From positions 1-39,603 of the IMG/VR virus record IMGVR_UViG_2778261067_000006: DNA of 39,603 nt, one strand, 5' to 3'. Below, piece after piece: positions 27,617 through 38,445 of the stretch. Every line of letters starts with the position of its first letter. Position 1 is the first letter of the stretch. The notes under the pieces were generated by a model. That model was not told the origin of the DNA, ran no database searches, and saw nothing but the letters and a program-made list of their open reading frames with translations. Made by a program: the position numbers and the translations under genes. Source of the DNA: a virus. Taxonomy: Duplodnaviria > Heunggongvirae > Uroviricota > Caudoviricetes.

Positions 27617-29034
27617 TGCCGATTCAGCAACTTCCGCTCATGAAAGGTGTCGGCAAAGACTTCCGAAACGCCGACTATATCGACTATCTGCCAGTGAATA
27701 TGCTGGCTACACCCAAAGAAATCCTGAACAGTAGCGGATATCTTCGCTCATTCCCGGGCATTGCCAAACGTTCTGATGTGAACGGCGTATCGCGAGGCGT
27801 CGAATACAACATGGCGCAGAATGCTGTTTATCGCGTGTGTGGTGGCAAACTGTATAAGGGCGAAAGTGAGGTCGGTGATGTTGCCGGAAGTGGTCGCGTA
27901 TCAATGGCTCATGGTCGAACATCACAGGCGGTAGGCGTTAATGGTCAACTGGTCGAGTATCGCTATGATGGCACGGTTAAAACCGTCTCAAACTGGCCTA
28001 CAGGCAGCGGATTCACGCAGTATGAGTTAGGCTCAGTCCGCGACATTACACGCTTACGTGGGCGTTATGCGTGGTCAAAAGACGGTACTGATTCATGGTT
28101 TATCACTGACCTTGAAGACGAATCTCATCCTGACCGTTACAGCGCACAATATCGCGCAGAGTCTCAGCCTGACGGCATCATCGGCATCGGAACATGGCGA
28201 GACTTCATCGTCTGCTTTGGTTCATCGACGATTGAATATTTCTCCCTGACTGGTGCAACCACCGTTGGTGCCGCTTTGTATGTTGCACAACCATCGCTGA
28301 TGGTGCAGAAAGGTATTGCCGGAACCTATTGCAAAACGCCATTCGCTGATTCCTATGCGTTCATCAGCAATCCGGCAACAGGTGCGCCATCTGTATACAT
28401 CATCGGATCCGGTCAGGTTTCACCAATCGCCAGCGCGAGCATTGAGAAAATCCTCCGCTCCTACACTGCTGATGAACTGGCTGATGGCGTGATGGAATCG
28501 TTGCGCTTTGATGCTCATGAGTTGCTGATTATCCACCTGCCGCGCCACGTCCTATTATATGACGCATCTTCAAGCGCTAATGGTCCGCAATGGTGTGTGC
28601 TGAAAACAGGCCTGTATGACGATGTGTACCGCGCTATCGACTTCATTTACGAAGGCAATCAGATAACGTGCGGCGATAAGCTGGAATCCGTGACCGGGAA
28701 ATTGCAGTTCGATATCAGCAGCCAGTACGACAAGCAGCAGGAACACCTGCTGTTTACTCCGTTGTTCAAAGCGGATAACGCCAGAGTTTTCGACCTTGAA
28801 GTTGAATCGTCAACTGGAGTTGCGCAGTATGCTGACCGCCTTTTTCTCTCTGCAACCACTGACGGCATCAATTACGGGCGTGAGCAGATGATTGAGCAGA
28901 ATGAACCGTTCGTTTACGACAAACGCGTTTTGTGGAAGCGTGTCGGGCGAATAAGGAAAAATGTCGGATTCAAATTGCGCGTTATCACGAAGTCACCTGT
29001 CACTCTGTCTGGCTGCCAGATAAGGATCGAGTAA
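27616..29034 (+). CDS. Tail hub protein (P22 gp10-type)
   Basis: 472 aa, same length and position as P22 gp10. Confidence 0.8.
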   Translation: MPIQQLPLMKGVGKDFRNADYIDYLPVNMLATPKEILNSSGYLRSFPGIAKRSDVNGVSRGVEYNMAQNAVYRVCGGKLYKGESEVGDVAGSGRVSMAHGRTSQAVGVNGQLVEYRYDGTVKTVSNWPTGSGFTQYELGSVRDITRLRGRYAWSKDGTDSWFITDLEDESHPDRYSAQYRAESQPDGIIGIGTWRDFIVCFGSSTIEYFSLTGATTVGAALYVAQPSLMVQKGIAGTYCKTPFADSYAFISNPATGAPSVYIIGSGQVSPIASASIEKILRSYTADELADGVMESLRFDAHELLIIHLPRHVLLYDASSSANGPQWCVLKTGLYDDVYRAIDFIYEGNQITCGDKLESVTGKLQFDISSQYDKQQEHLLFTPLFKADNARVFDLEVESSTGVAQYADRLFLSATTDGINYGREQMIEQNEPFVYDKRVLWKRVGRIRKNVGFKLRVITKSPVTLSGCQIRIE

Positions 29035-29882
29035 TGGCTGATTCGAATCTCAATGAGCCGGTAATCATTCAGGCTACACGACTCGACACATCAGTCCTTC
29101 CGCGTAATATCTTCTCGCAGTCATATCTGCTGTACGTTATTGCACAGGGTACTGATGTTGGTAATGTGGCTAACAAGGCCAACGAGGCCGGACAGGGAGC
29201 TTATGACGCACAAGTCAGGAACGATGAGCAGGATGTGATTCTTGTCGATCACGAAATTCGACTGGCATCAGCTGAAGCGAAGATTCAGGACCACGAAACA
29301 AGGATCACTAACGCAGAAGCGGCGATAGTCGGCCTTGATTCACGATTAACGACAGCAGAAAACGATATTGATTACCTGACGGATGAAGTTGTCGCCATTC
29401 AAAACACGCTTTCAGACCATGAAACGCGCATCGATGCTCTGGAGTATGCCACTACTCGCAAGAAGTCAGAGGTTGTTTACTCTGGCGTATCTGTAACCAT
29501 CCCGACAGCGCCGACCAACCTTGTTAGCCTGCTGAAAACGCTCACGCCGTCATCCGGCGCGTTGGCACCATTCTTCGACACCGTTAACAACAAGATGGTT
29601 GTGTTCAACGAGAACAAAACCTTGTTCTTCAAGCTGTCGATCGTCGGGACGTGGCCCAGCGGAACCGCCAACAGGTCAATGCAGCTAACATTCTCCGGTT
29701 CTGTTCCTGACACACTGGTAAGCAGTCGCAACTCGGCGACAACAACCGACAACATCCTGTTAGCTACGTTCTTCAGCGTGGATAAAGACGGCTTTCTTGC
29801 CACAAATGGCAGTACGTTAACCATTCAGTCAAATGGTGCGGCGTTTACTGCCACAACCATCAAAATCATTGCGGAGCAGTGA
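29034..29882 (+). CDS. Tail needle (P22 gp26-type N-terminus with a different C-terminal domain)
   Basis: [43 protein letters not shown]...NDEQDV... matches the gp26 N-terminus; the C-terminal ~140 aa diverge (knob-like). Confidence 0.8.
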   Translation: MADSNLNEPVIIQATRLDTSVLPRNIFSQSYLLYVIAQGTDVGNVANKANEAGQGAYDAQVRNDEQDVILVDHEIRLASAEAKIQDHETRITNAEAAIVGLDSRLTTAENDIDYLTDEVVAIQNTLSDHETRIDALEYATTRKKSEVVYSGVSVTIPTAPTNLVSLLKTLTPSSGALAPFFDTVNNKMVVFNENKTLFFKLSIVGTWPSGTANRSMQLTFSGSVPDTLVSSRNSATTTDNILLATFFSVDKDGFLATNGSTLTIQSNGAAFTATTIKIIAEQ

Positions 29883-30349
29883 TGGAAATAAAGCTCATCG
29901 ATAATCCGGTGAAGCTTGCAGAATTCCTCAACAACCCGGCAAACACGGGAAATATCGTAGACAGTGGAGATAAATACTACATCAAGCCTGATGCGGTATA
30001 TCTCGGCATCTACGAAGGATTAGTGCTGGCTGGCGTTCATGAAGTGCGTAACTTCTGGCATAGCGTTGTTGAATGCCATGCGGTGTATGACCCCGGATTC
30101 CGTGGCGAATATGCACTACAAGGGCATCGATTATTCTGCAAATGGCTTCTCGAAAACTCACCATTCCTTAACAGCATCACCATGGTTCCTGACACCACCA
30201 AATACGGACGGGCAATTATCCGTTTGCTTGGCGCTACCCGTGTTGGTCACCTTGATGATGCGTACATGAGTAACGGAAAACCGGTAGGAATCACCCTCTA
30301 TCAATTACCTCGTTCGAAATATGAGGAGCTATTAAATGTTAGTACTTAG
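29882..30349 (+). CDS. Virion assembly protein in the gp14 position
   Basis: Assigned by synteny between tail needle and ejection proteins. Confidence 0.5.
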   Translation: MEIKLIDNPVKLAEFLNNPANTGNIVDSGDKYYIKPDAVYLGIYEGLVLAGVHEVRNFWHSVVECHAVYDPGFRGEYALQGHRLFCKWLLENSPFLNSITMVPDTTKYGRAIIRLLGATRVGHLDDAYMSNGKPVGITLYQLPRSKYEELLNVST

Positions 30350-31016
30350 CGAAAGCTTCAAGAATAAATTGCTTCCCATGAATGGGTATATGAAAGGCGG
30401 CAGCGACTCCGGATCTAAAGCCCAGGCACGCGCAACTGAAAAGGGCATCGAACTGCAGCGTGAAATGTGGCAGACGAACATGCAAAACCTTGCACCGTTC
30501 ACGCCACTCGCTCAGCAGTACGTATCACAGTTGCAGAATCTTTCCTCTCTTCAGGGGCAAGGTCAGGCTCTTAACCAGTATTACAACTCTCAGCAGTACA
30601 AAGACCTTGCAGGTCAGGCGCGCTATCAGAGTCTGGCAGCAGCAGAAGCAACTGGTGGATTAGGCTCTACAGCAACCGGAAACCAGTTGGCAGCAATCGC
30701 GCCTACACTCGGTCAAAACTGGCTGTCAGGTCAGATGAACAACTACAACAATCTGGCAAATATCGGCCTTGGTGCTCTTACAGGTCAGGCAAACGCCGGA
30801 CAAAACTACGCTAACAACGTCAGCCAATTGTATCAACAGCAGGCGGCAGCATCTGCGGCTAATGCTAACCGACCATCAGGACTGCAATCAGCCTTGGGAG
30901 GTGCCATGAGCGGTGCGGCATCAGGGGCGATGATTGGCTCTGTGGTGCCAGGAATAGGTACGGCTGTTGGCGCTATTGGTGGCGGCATTATCGGTGGTCT
31001 TGGATCATTGTTTTAA
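30336..31016 (+). CDS. Ejection (DNA transfer) protein, gp7 position
   Basis: 226 aa, Gln/Ala/Gly-rich with a Gly-rich hydrophobic C-terminus; synteny and size match P22 gp7. Confidence 0.6.
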   Translation: MLVLSESFKNKLLPMNGYMKGGSDSGSKAQARATEKGIELQREMWQTNMQNLAPFTPLAQQYVSQLQNLSSLQGQGQALNQYYNSQQYKDLAGQARYQSLAAAEATGGLGSTATGNQLAAIAPTLGQNWLSGQMNNYNNLANIGLGALTGQANAGQNYANNVSQLYQQQAAASAANANRPSGLQSALGGAMSGAASGAMIGSVVPGIGTAVGAIGGGIIGGLGSLF

Positions 31017-31025
31017 GGTGGGAAT

Positions 31026-32438
31026 ATGGCTACTTGGCAACAAGGAATCAACTCAGGCGGTTTTCTTGCTGGTATCGGTGGGCAAAACTCAAATGCGCCA
31101 AAGGCAAGTGATGTAAGTGAGGCGTTGGCCTATATTCGCCAGAACAACGAAATGGAGCGTTCAGGTCGCAATAACATCGGCCTTCAGGCGTTGCAGGGAC
31201 TTGGTAGTGTCGCTCAAACATATCAAGCTGCAAAGCAACAGGAAGCGGATGCTGCATTCCAAAAAGAATATGCGGCAGCCATCCAGTCAGGTGATCGGCA
31301 GCAGGTGCGAGATCTGATGACCAAATATCCTGGTCAATTAGAGAAGATTCAGTCTGGTATGAAGTGGGCAGACGAAGACCAGCGCAATTCTATCGGCACC
31401 TTAGCGGCTGGCGCACGCCTTGCGGCATCGTCTCCAGAAGCAATGCAATCATGGCTGCAAAACAACGCCAAGGAACTGACTCGCGTCGGTGTTGACCCTA
31501 ACAGCGTTGCTCAGATGTATCAGCAGAACCCTTCAGGATTTGGTGAGTTTGTTGATCACCTTGGGATGGCTGCGCTTGGTCCGATTGATTACTTCAATGT
31601 TCAGGACAAGATGGCTGGTCGTGAGATTGATCGCGGAAAACTTGCAGAGACAATCCGCAGCAATCAGGCTGGAGAGGCGCTTCAGGCGAGAGGCCAAAAC
31701 CTTTCCTATCAGTCAGCAATGACTGGGCACAATATCGCAGCACAACGCTTGGCTCTGGATCAGCAAGAGTTCGGGTTTAAGATGCAGCAAGCGCAGGAAA
31801 AGGCACAGCAGTTGATTAGCGAAGCACCTAAGCTGTCAGTAAACATGGAAAAAGGCATCGAGACAGCTGTAAACAATGCCACAGCATCATCAAACTCAGC
31901 CAATTCCATGAGTGCGCTTGCTCAACAGTTCAGAGCAGAAAAACCAACGACAGGTTTGTTCGGTAACGCACAGAACATGTTCGCAAAACTTACCGGAAGC
32001 GATACGACATTGCGTGATTTGCGCATTCGCCAAAATGCCCTTGTTAACAGTCAGGTTCTTAAATTCCTACCTCCCGGCCCCGCAACGGATAAAGACGTTG
32101 AGATCGTTCGTCAGGGTGCACCAACTGACATGGATAACCCTGAGACGGTCGCAAGATGGCTTGATGCTATGGCAAACCTTGAGCGACGAAACGCGCAGTT
32201 TAATGAGTTTAAAGCCGAGTGGATGAGCGCGAATGGCAACCCTGGACAATCGCGTAATGGCGGTCAGATATTGGGGTTGGATGTTAAAAAAGGTGAATCA
32301 TTGGGGAGTGCCGTTAAGCGGTATATGTCAATGAATACTGACGCAGCGCCAGCACAAGATTCGACACCTTCAGGTGAACCACGGAATCAGGTTGGATCAT
32401 ATACCTCAAAATCAGGCATTCAATTTACGGTGGAATGA
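31026..32438 (+). CDS. Ejection (DNA transfer) protein, gp20 position
   Basis: 470 aa versus about 471 for P22 gp20; synteny. Confidence 0.6.
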   Translation: MATWQQGINSGGFLAGIGGQNSNAPKASDVSEALAYIRQNNEMERSGRNNIGLQALQGLGSVAQTYQAAKQQEADAAFQKEYAAAIQSGDRQQVRDLMTKYPGQLEKIQSGMKWADEDQRNSIGTLAAGARLAASSPEAMQSWLQNNAKELTRVGVDPNSVAQMYQQNPSGFGEFVDHLGMAALGPIDYFNVQDKMAGREIDRGKLAETIRSNQAGEALQARGQNLSYQSAMTGHNIAAQRLALDQQEFGFKMQQAQEKAQQLISEAPKLSVNMEKGIETAVNNATASSNSANSMSALAQQFRAEKPTTGLFGNAQNMFAKLTGSDTTLRDLRIRQNALVNSQVLKFLPPGPATDKDVEIVRQGAPTDMDNPETVARWLDAMANLERRNAQFNEFKAEWMSANGNPGQSRNGGQILGLDVKKGESLGSAVKRYMSMNTDAAPAQDSTPSGEPRNQVGSYTSKSGIQFTVE

Positions 32439-34282
32439 TGAAAGTAACTGCAAACGGTAAGACATTTACCTTTCCTGATGGTACGAGCACCGAAGATATT
32501 GGCACCGCCATTGATGAGTATTTTGCTGGTCAGGCTGTTCAGCAACAAACAGTTAATCAGGCCAATAATGCACCAACACGGGAAGAACCATCATTGATGC
32601 AACAAGCTGGCGATTGGCTCACTGGTGGTCAAAGTGCAGGGCAAATTGCAGAACAAGCTGGTCGTGGTCTGGTAAACATACCATTTGACGTATTGCAGGG
32701 CGGCGCAAGTCTGATTAATGCAATCAGTCAGGGGCTTGGTGGCCCCAAGGTTTTGGATGATGTTTATCGTCCAGTAGACAGACCGACAGACTCCTACGCA
32801 CAAGCCGGTGAAACAATTGGTGGGTATTTAGTTCCAGGAGTTGGAACGGCAGGAAGCATGGCTATTGGATCACTGGCAGAGGCCGCAAATCAGAAAGGCG
32901 ATTTCGCACAAAATGCAGCTAAAAATGCCGGAGTTAACCTTGCCGCTCAGGGTGTTCTTTCCGCAGCAGCAAAGGGAATAGGGCGTGGAATAACGGCTAT
33001 AAAAGGTGATATTGCGCCAGAAGTGGCGAAGAAAATTGCCACATCAGAATCGATGGGCGTGACACCAATGACATCTGATGTTATCCCGCCGAAAAATGCT
33101 TTCACTCGTAGCCTTACTCAGGATGCCGAGGGGGCTTTGCTCGGGACAGGCTCAAAGCGAGCGGAGCAATATGCAACGCGTAGTAAGCTGGTAAGCAATT
33201 ATTTTGACCGTTTTGGTGAGTACAACCCTGATGATGTGGTGAAATCTCTGACCACCACGTTAAGGGGGCGGAAGGATGCCGCTGGCGCTGTTATCAATGA
33301 CGTCACCAATAAAATGGGTAATGCCGCAGTTGATACCACAAATACCATGAATGCTCTGAATACAGCGATCGCAAGACAGGAACGGCTTGGGACGTCTGCC
33401 AATCAAAGCCTGCTTACATCCTTGCGTAACCTACGTGAAGAATTAGCAAACCCTGCAACTGATTTGGATGTTACGTTTGATCTCTTGCGTCAGCACAGAA
33501 CAGCATTTAGATCTAATGTTCAGGGAGATGCTATGGTCTTCCCCAACCAGGCAAAAGCAGCTACCAATATGGTAGAGAATGCAATGTCAAAAGACCTTCG
33601 TAACGCAGTTGCAAAAAACCTCGGTGCGTCAGACGCAGCAAAATACCTTAAAGCAAATTCCGATTATGCAAACGTTTATAATAAGGTGCTTAATAAAAAC
33701 ATTGCCAACAAGCTCAACAAGGCAAGCAGTGAAGCCAGTCCTGAACTTATAAATACCGTTGTATTAAGCAGAAAACCATCTGACGTGAAACGAATCTGGA
33801 GCGCACTGGATGATAAGGGGAAAGATGCTATGCGTGCAGCTTACGTCAGCAAAATAGCGGAAAAGGCCGGGGACTCTCCAGCCAAGTTCATCACTGAAGT
33901 TAATAAGCTGAAATCTCAGTCAGGCGGTGAAATTTACAACACTATTTTTTCTGGAAAGCACATGAAAGAGCTTGATGCTCTTCATGAAGTTCTACAGCAA
34001 ACAGCAAGGTCAGACACCGCAAATGTAGTAACTCAGACGGGGCAATCGCAAGCCAACAGGATAAGGACGATTGGCGCAACTGCGACTCTTGGCGTATCAA
34101 TGGGGCTTGAGGCTGGTTTCGGTGCAATGATGCGCTTGTATGAGTCAAAAGCAGCAAGGAATGCTCTCTTACGTTTGGCAAACACCAAAGCAGGAACACC
34201 AGCCTATGAAAGAGCGCTAAATAATGCTGCAAATGCGATACGCCCTATACTTTCAAGCCAAATTACAGCAGAACAGCAATAA
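32435..34282 (+). CDS. Ejection (DNA transfer) protein, gp16 position
   Basis: 615 aa versus about 609 for P22 gp16; synteny. Confidence 0.65.
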   Translation: MMKVTANGKTFTFPDGTSTEDIGTAIDEYFAGQAVQQQTVNQANNAPTREEPSLMQQAGDWLTGGQSAGQIAEQAGRGLVNIPFDVLQGGASLINAISQGLGGPKVLDDVYRPVDRPTDSYAQAGETIGGYLVPGVGTAGSMAIGSLAEAANQKGDFAQNAAKNAGVNLAAQGVLSAAAKGIGRGITAIKGDIAPEVAKKIATSESMGVTPMTSDVIPPKNAFTRSLTQDAEGALLGTGSKRAEQYATRSKLVSNYFDRFGEYNPDDVVKSLTTTLRGRKDAAGAVINDVTNKMGNAAVDTTNTMNALNTAIARQERLGTSANQSLLTSLRNLREELANPATDLDVTFDLLRQHRTAFRSNVQGDAMVFPNQAKAATNMVENAMSKDLRNAVAKNLGASDAAKYLKANSDYANVYNKVLNKNIANKLNKASSEASPELINTVVLSRKPSDVKRIWSALDDKGKDAMRAAYVSKIAEKAGDSPAKFITEVNKLKSQSGGEIYNTIFSGKHMKELDALHEVLQQTARSDTANVVTQTGQSQANRIRTIGATATLGVSMGLEAGFGAMMRLYESKAARNALLRLANTKAGTPAYERALNNAANAIRPILSSQITAEQQ

Positions 34283-34295
34283 AAATAAGATATAA

Positions 34296-34781
34296 CTATC
34301 TGATATTGCTGCTACTGTTACATGTTACCGTGTTTCCAAATCCTGAATTGCAGTTTGTATATGTGTCAACGCGTGTTGGGTAAGGTTGAGTTATAACAGG
34401 CTGGCGCGCTTTTTGCTCGATCGCTTGCATTGTGTTTACAGCCTGATAATTCAATAAAGCCTGCTGGAATGCTTGGCTTTGTGCTATTTGTTGTGCTTGT
34501 TCTTGGCTTTGTAATTGAACATAAAGATTCTGAAGTTCAAGTCTTGCCTGTGTGTCACTTATCTTGCCTTCATCGACACCTTGCCCGAGCATCTTCGCAG
34601 CAAGGACATAAAGCTTAGGTGTTGGTGCTGATGCCATGCGTGAGTCGTTCTTCACACTGGCATCAAGGCAATTAGCCATATCGCTAAGCTTTTGATAGCG
34701 TTGTTCGCAACTTGCTTGATAGTCACTTACTTTTGCGCATCCAACCAGCAGAAGCGGGATAATTAACAGTGATTTTTTCAT
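34296..34781 (-). CDS. Lipoprotein (signal peptidase II signal MKKSLLIIPLLLVGC), Gln-rich, several Cys
   Basis: Start at the ATG with AAGGAG SD; lipobox LLVGC; Ala at +2 suggests outer-membrane sorting; convergent with gp16 and co-oriented with mnt. Confidence 0.6.
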   Translation of the reverse strand: MKKSLLIIPLLLVGCAKVSDYQASCEQRYQKLSDMANCLDASVKNDSRMASAPTPKLYVLAAKMLGQGVDEGKISDTQARLELQNLYVQLQSQEQAQQIAQSQAFQQALLNYQAVNTMQAIEQKARQPVITQPYPTRVDTYTNCNSGFGNTVTCNSSSNIR

Positions 34782-34851
34782 ATGGTTAACTCTCCTTAGT
34801 TTTTCACAGGATATCATGAAGGCAATGCCATTTTAGCCGGAAACTAGATTT

Positions 34852-35121
34852 CTATGTTTCCTTTTTATTATTGCTATACATGGTCTTAAGCGTATCAAAG
34901 ACAATTTTCTTAACCATATCAGATTGTTGTTCTGCCATACGCTCTGCATCGTCAATATAAACTGATGCAGAGCTTTGTTTAGCCAATGATTCTTCAATCG
35001 CTGCAATTATCTCTGAGTTCAGCGACCTGTTATTCATCTTCGCACGCTGCTTAATTTTCGCGTGGAGTTCATGCGGAAGTCTCAAGTGAAACTGCGCCTC
35101 GTCGTATTTGCTGTACATCAT
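34852..35121 (-). CDS. mnt: Mnt-like ribbon-helix-helix repressor (Arc/MetJ family)
   Basis: ...NNRSLNSEIIAAIEESL... and ...IDDAERMAEQQSDMVKKIVFDTLKTMY... parallel P22 Mnt (...GRSMNSELLQIVQDAL...NDAERLADEQSELVKKMVFDTLKDLY...). Confidence 0.75.
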   Translation of the reverse strand: MMYSKYDEAQFHLRLPHELHAKIKQRAKMNNRSLNSEIIAAIEESLAKQSSASVYIDDAERMAEQQSDMVKKIVFDTLKTMYSNNKKET

Positions 35122-35239
35122 CAATGCCTCACCAAATGGGTGGAATGGCATCGTAACCTACTGGATAAATACTCAATAGTACCATTTCGGTATGTAACCA
35201 CATCATGGTTGCATCATAACATTCGTCTGGAGCAATGAA

Positions 35240-37069
35240 ATGTCAGATATCACCGCAAATGTTGTGGTAAGCATGCCTTCGCAACTCTTCACTATGGCGC
35301 GTTCTTTTAAAGCCGTGGCTAATGGCAAAATTTATATCGGAAAAATTGACACTGACCCGGTAAATCCTGAAAACCAGATTCAGGTCTATGTTGAGAACGA
35401 AGACGGTTCTCACGTTCCTGTTGCACAGCCAATCATCATTAACGCTGGCGGGTATCCTGTATATAACGGACAGATTGCCAAATTCGTAACTGTGCAAGGC
35501 CATTCTATGGCTGTTTATGATGCGTACGGTGCGCAGCAGTTTTATTTTCCGAATGTGCTGAAGTATGACCCTGATCAGCTAAGAGTTGATTTATATGGCA
35601 TTTACGGTTCTACGCTTATAGGATGGGCAACATATGAAGATATAAGAAATTACTCAGGTAATGGCGAGATAATAAATTGCAGAGGTAGAAGTTATAAAAA
35701 TGATAATGGATGTGGTTTTTTTGTTGTTGATAAAATAGACACATCAGCACAAGATAATGACGGAACAATATTAGTTGATCTCCTTGGGAGAAGATGGAAA
35801 AGACAATTTGCAGGAGATATAAACGTTTCATGGTTTCTTGATGGAAACGGTCCTGATGTAAATTCATCAATTGGGTTTCAGAATTGCATTAATGCCTACC
35901 CGCACTCAAGGATTTTAATTCCTTTCGCACCAGATGGTTATTATTTTTTTAATGAGGTTGTTGAGCCGCAGAGTTCATCTTTTCAATTGATTTGTTGCGA
36001 CGGAATGCAAGTGAATAATCAACAGTTGATTTACGTTAATTTCAACGGGGCAGCATTCAAGTGTGAGTCAACAAATACAACTTTTACCAAGTATCAGGGA
36101 ATTCGTTTTGAGACGGACAAGGAGTCTTATCCTTTAGCACAAGCTATACGTAATGATGGGTTTTTAGTGCATGGGGAAATTAAAAATATAACTGTAAAAA
36201 ATTTCTCTAGCAAGGCAATACAGATAAACGGATGTAATTGTTGCAATTATGAGCAGGTTCTTATCCAGTTCAATGATGATTTTGGTCTTTTCACTCTTGC
36301 AGGTGCGGCTAATACATTCGACAGAATAGTCGGTGATAATAATAACGGTGGAGTTATGTACTCAGTCGGAGCATCTAACGCATATAGAAACTTATACTCC
36401 GAGGATTGCTGCAAAACCAACGTTAGCGCTTCTGACACAAATCCAGAGTTTTATTTCGGAGGTGATTCCCATACTGTTACAAATATCTCCATAAACTCCT
36501 ACCCCGGGAACGCCACACCTCCGGTTAAACTAGATTTCTGCCGCAATATGACAATGATTGGCGCATCCAATAAATCATCAACAGCGCCTTCATATTCATA
36601 TGAGATAGAGTTGACTAATCAGGATTCAAGTTTAACGCTTATCAACAGTTCCGATATACGCATTAAACCAGGCGTTGATTCTAAAAACACGATAAAAATA
36701 GATGCTGGTTACGCATCTTTATCTCCATCAATAGTTGTTGGTGGATATGGAAGAGATATAATAAAAAATACACCAATATCAACAGCGTGCTTCTCATCCG
36801 ATGGCACAATATTAGAGGCAAATGGTATAGCAAGGGTTGAATACAACACCACCGGAACTTATTCTATATATATGGCAGAACAGGTTAATAATGCTGAAGG
36901 AATTAGGGTTATAGGTAGTGCTGACGCGGAAGGATATGATTATTTTGTAGTTGTTTCTGAAAAAGGAAGCTTTAGAACAAATTCATCAGTAAGAATTGAA
37001 ACCAGAGATACTGCTGGAAACCTAGTTTCACCAAAACATGTTTCTGTGGCTATTTATGGATCTGTATGA
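35240..37069 (+). CDS. Tailspike: conserved P22-type N-terminal head-binding domain with a divergent receptor-binding/enzymatic domain
   Basis: First ~115 aa ([59 protein letters not shown]...VLKYDPDQ) nearly match P22 gp9; the remainder is unrelated and visibly AT-rich. Confidence 0.85.
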   Translation: MSDITANVVVSMPSQLFTMARSFKAVANGKIYIGKIDTDPVNPENQIQVYVENEDGSHVPVAQPIIINAGGYPVYNGQIAKFVTVQGHSMAVYDAYGAQQFYFPNVLKYDPDQLRVDLYGIYGSTLIGWATYEDIRNYSGNGEIINCRGRSYKNDNGCGFFVVDKIDTSAQDNDGTILVDLLGRRWKRQFAGDINVSWFLDGNGPDVNSSIGFQNCINAYPHSRILIPFAPDGYYFFNEVVEPQSSSFQLICCDGMQVNNQQLIYVNFNGAAFKCESTNTTFTKYQGIRFETDKESYPLAQAIRNDGFLVHGEIKNITVKNFSSKAIQINGCNCCNYEQVLIQFNDDFGLFTLAGAANTFDRIVGDNNNGGVMYSVGASNAYRNLYSEDCCKTNVSASDTNPEFYFGGDSHTVTNISINSYPGNATPPVKLDFCRNMTMIGASNKSSTAPSYSYEIELTNQDSSLTLINSSDIRIKPGVDSKNTIKIDAGYASLSPSIVVGGYGRDIIKNTPISTACFSSDGTILEANGIARVEYNTTGTYSIYMAEQVNNAEGIRVIGSADAEGYDYFVVVSEKGSFRTNSSVRIETRDTAGNLVSPKHVSVAIYGSV

Positions 37070-37132
37070 TATGTATTGATTGTGGTTGCATTGTAATTAC
37101 ATCTATTTTTATATTTACGCATATATTCTTAA

Positions 37133-37169
37133 AACAAGCCACCTTTTAACAAGGTGACTTGTTTTTTAT
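37133..37169. terminator. Terminator hairpin between convergent tailspike and acyltransferase genes
   Basis: AACAAGCCACC-(loop)-GGTGACTTGTT followed by TTTTTAT; A-run on the other side. Confidence 0.5.
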
Positions 37170-37170
37170 G

Positions 37171-38232
37171 TTATCTTAGTATTATCCTCGCTATTTTAGC
37201 ACATGGTGCTTCAATCAACATATGTATGACCCATGCTATCGTTATAAACAAAATTAGAAGAAGCGACATTTTTGGAAATCCATGCATATTGCTTATATAT
37301 GGGATGCTGTACATGTATTTATTCAAGGCGTTATAAACAACCAAATGCGACAGATAAAGAGAATACGATATATTGGCAAAAAACATTAAAATTCTGTAAG
37401 TTCTAATGCCGTTTGTTATCTCAATTGATAAAAATGATAGAATAAGAATAAAACACCCAATCCCAACTTTATCAATTCCATGCCCATATTCAGGTGGCGA
37501 TATTATCATTATTATTGATAGCAGCAGCGCTAATATTTGCAAAGGAGAAATGAAGTTTCTTTTTATTGTGATGTTATTTTTTATAAACAAAAAAACATTA
37601 CACATAAGCATACCGATAACAAACTCAATCATCATCTGCGATGATGTTATCTTTACTATCGATTCTAGAGGCCCGTTTATGTTAATTGATGCGTAAGCAG
37701 AATAATCGCCGCTGTTATTGAAAATGAAGTTATTTATCACAAATAAAGTCAGTATAAAAACCGAACAAACAAATGCTCTGAATTTATGAGATATTAACAT
37801 TGATATTGTAAATATAAAATAAAACACAACCTCATAAGATAGGGTCCACGCTGCTGACACCATAGAATATCCATAGAATGGAGCTATAGATGAATAATCA
37901 TATTGTATGAAAAAAAGCGATTTATATAAATCTAAGGTGGTGTAGCTATTTATTGATAAAGCATAACTTATGAGAATGGCAATCAAATAAATCGGATATA
38001 TTCTAAAAAATCTCTTTATTGCAAATGATTTTATTGATGAGTCATTCTGTGTTGAAAAAACTATTACAAAGCCGCTTATCATAAAAAAAAGATCTACGCC
38101 AAAGTATCCATAGTCAAAAAGAATATCTCCTAAATTTTCCTGAGCATATGCTCCTGCAATTATCGATCTCAGATGAAAAAGAACTACAAAAAGAGCCGCA
38201 ACACCTCTAAGATAATGTATTGAAAGTACCAT
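37171..38232 (-). CDS. Acyltransferase-3 family integral membrane protein (Oac/OafA-like O-antigen acetyltransferase)
   Basis: 353 aa, about ten hydrophobic helices, N-terminal IHYLRGVAALFVVLFH motif; strongly AT-rich; sits between tailspike and integrase as oac does in Sf6. Confidence 0.75.
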   Translation of the reverse strand: MVLSIHYLRGVAALFVVLFHLRSIIAGAYAQENLGDILFDYGYFGVDLFFMISGFVIVFSTQNDSSIKSFAIKRFFRIYPIYLIAILISYALSINSYTTLDLYKSLFFIQYDYSSIAPFYGYSMVSAAWTLSYEVVFYFIFTISMLISHKFRAFVCSVFILTLFVINNFIFNNSGDYSAYASININGPLESIVKITSSQMMIEFVIGMLMCNVFLFIKNNITIKRNFISPLQILALLLSIIMIISPPEYGHGIDKVGIGCFILILSFLSIEITNGIRTYRILMFFANISYSLYLSHLVVYNALNKYMYSIPYISNMHGFPKMSLLLILFITIAWVIHMLIEAPCAKIARIILR

Positions 38233-38445
38233 AAAATATCACTATTGGTTGCTATGTTTAAAGGTTCTACATTATAGTCTTTAGCTATTATCACATCAAT
38301 AAACTTAACAATAATGCACTTGTCAAACCAATAGATAAGGTGTTTTTGTGAACCTCAATGAATATTTGAGTAATTTTTGTTGCGTTAATAGCATAAATAT
38401 TGCACTGGCTTTCTAAGCTTTGCGTTCTTAGCTAGTTAAGTCCGT

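Noticed and set aside
37154-37696. Plus-strand ORFs 37154..37336 and 37406..37696
   Set aside because: Antisense within the AT-rich acyltransferase gene; AT-rich DNA gives long spurious frames.
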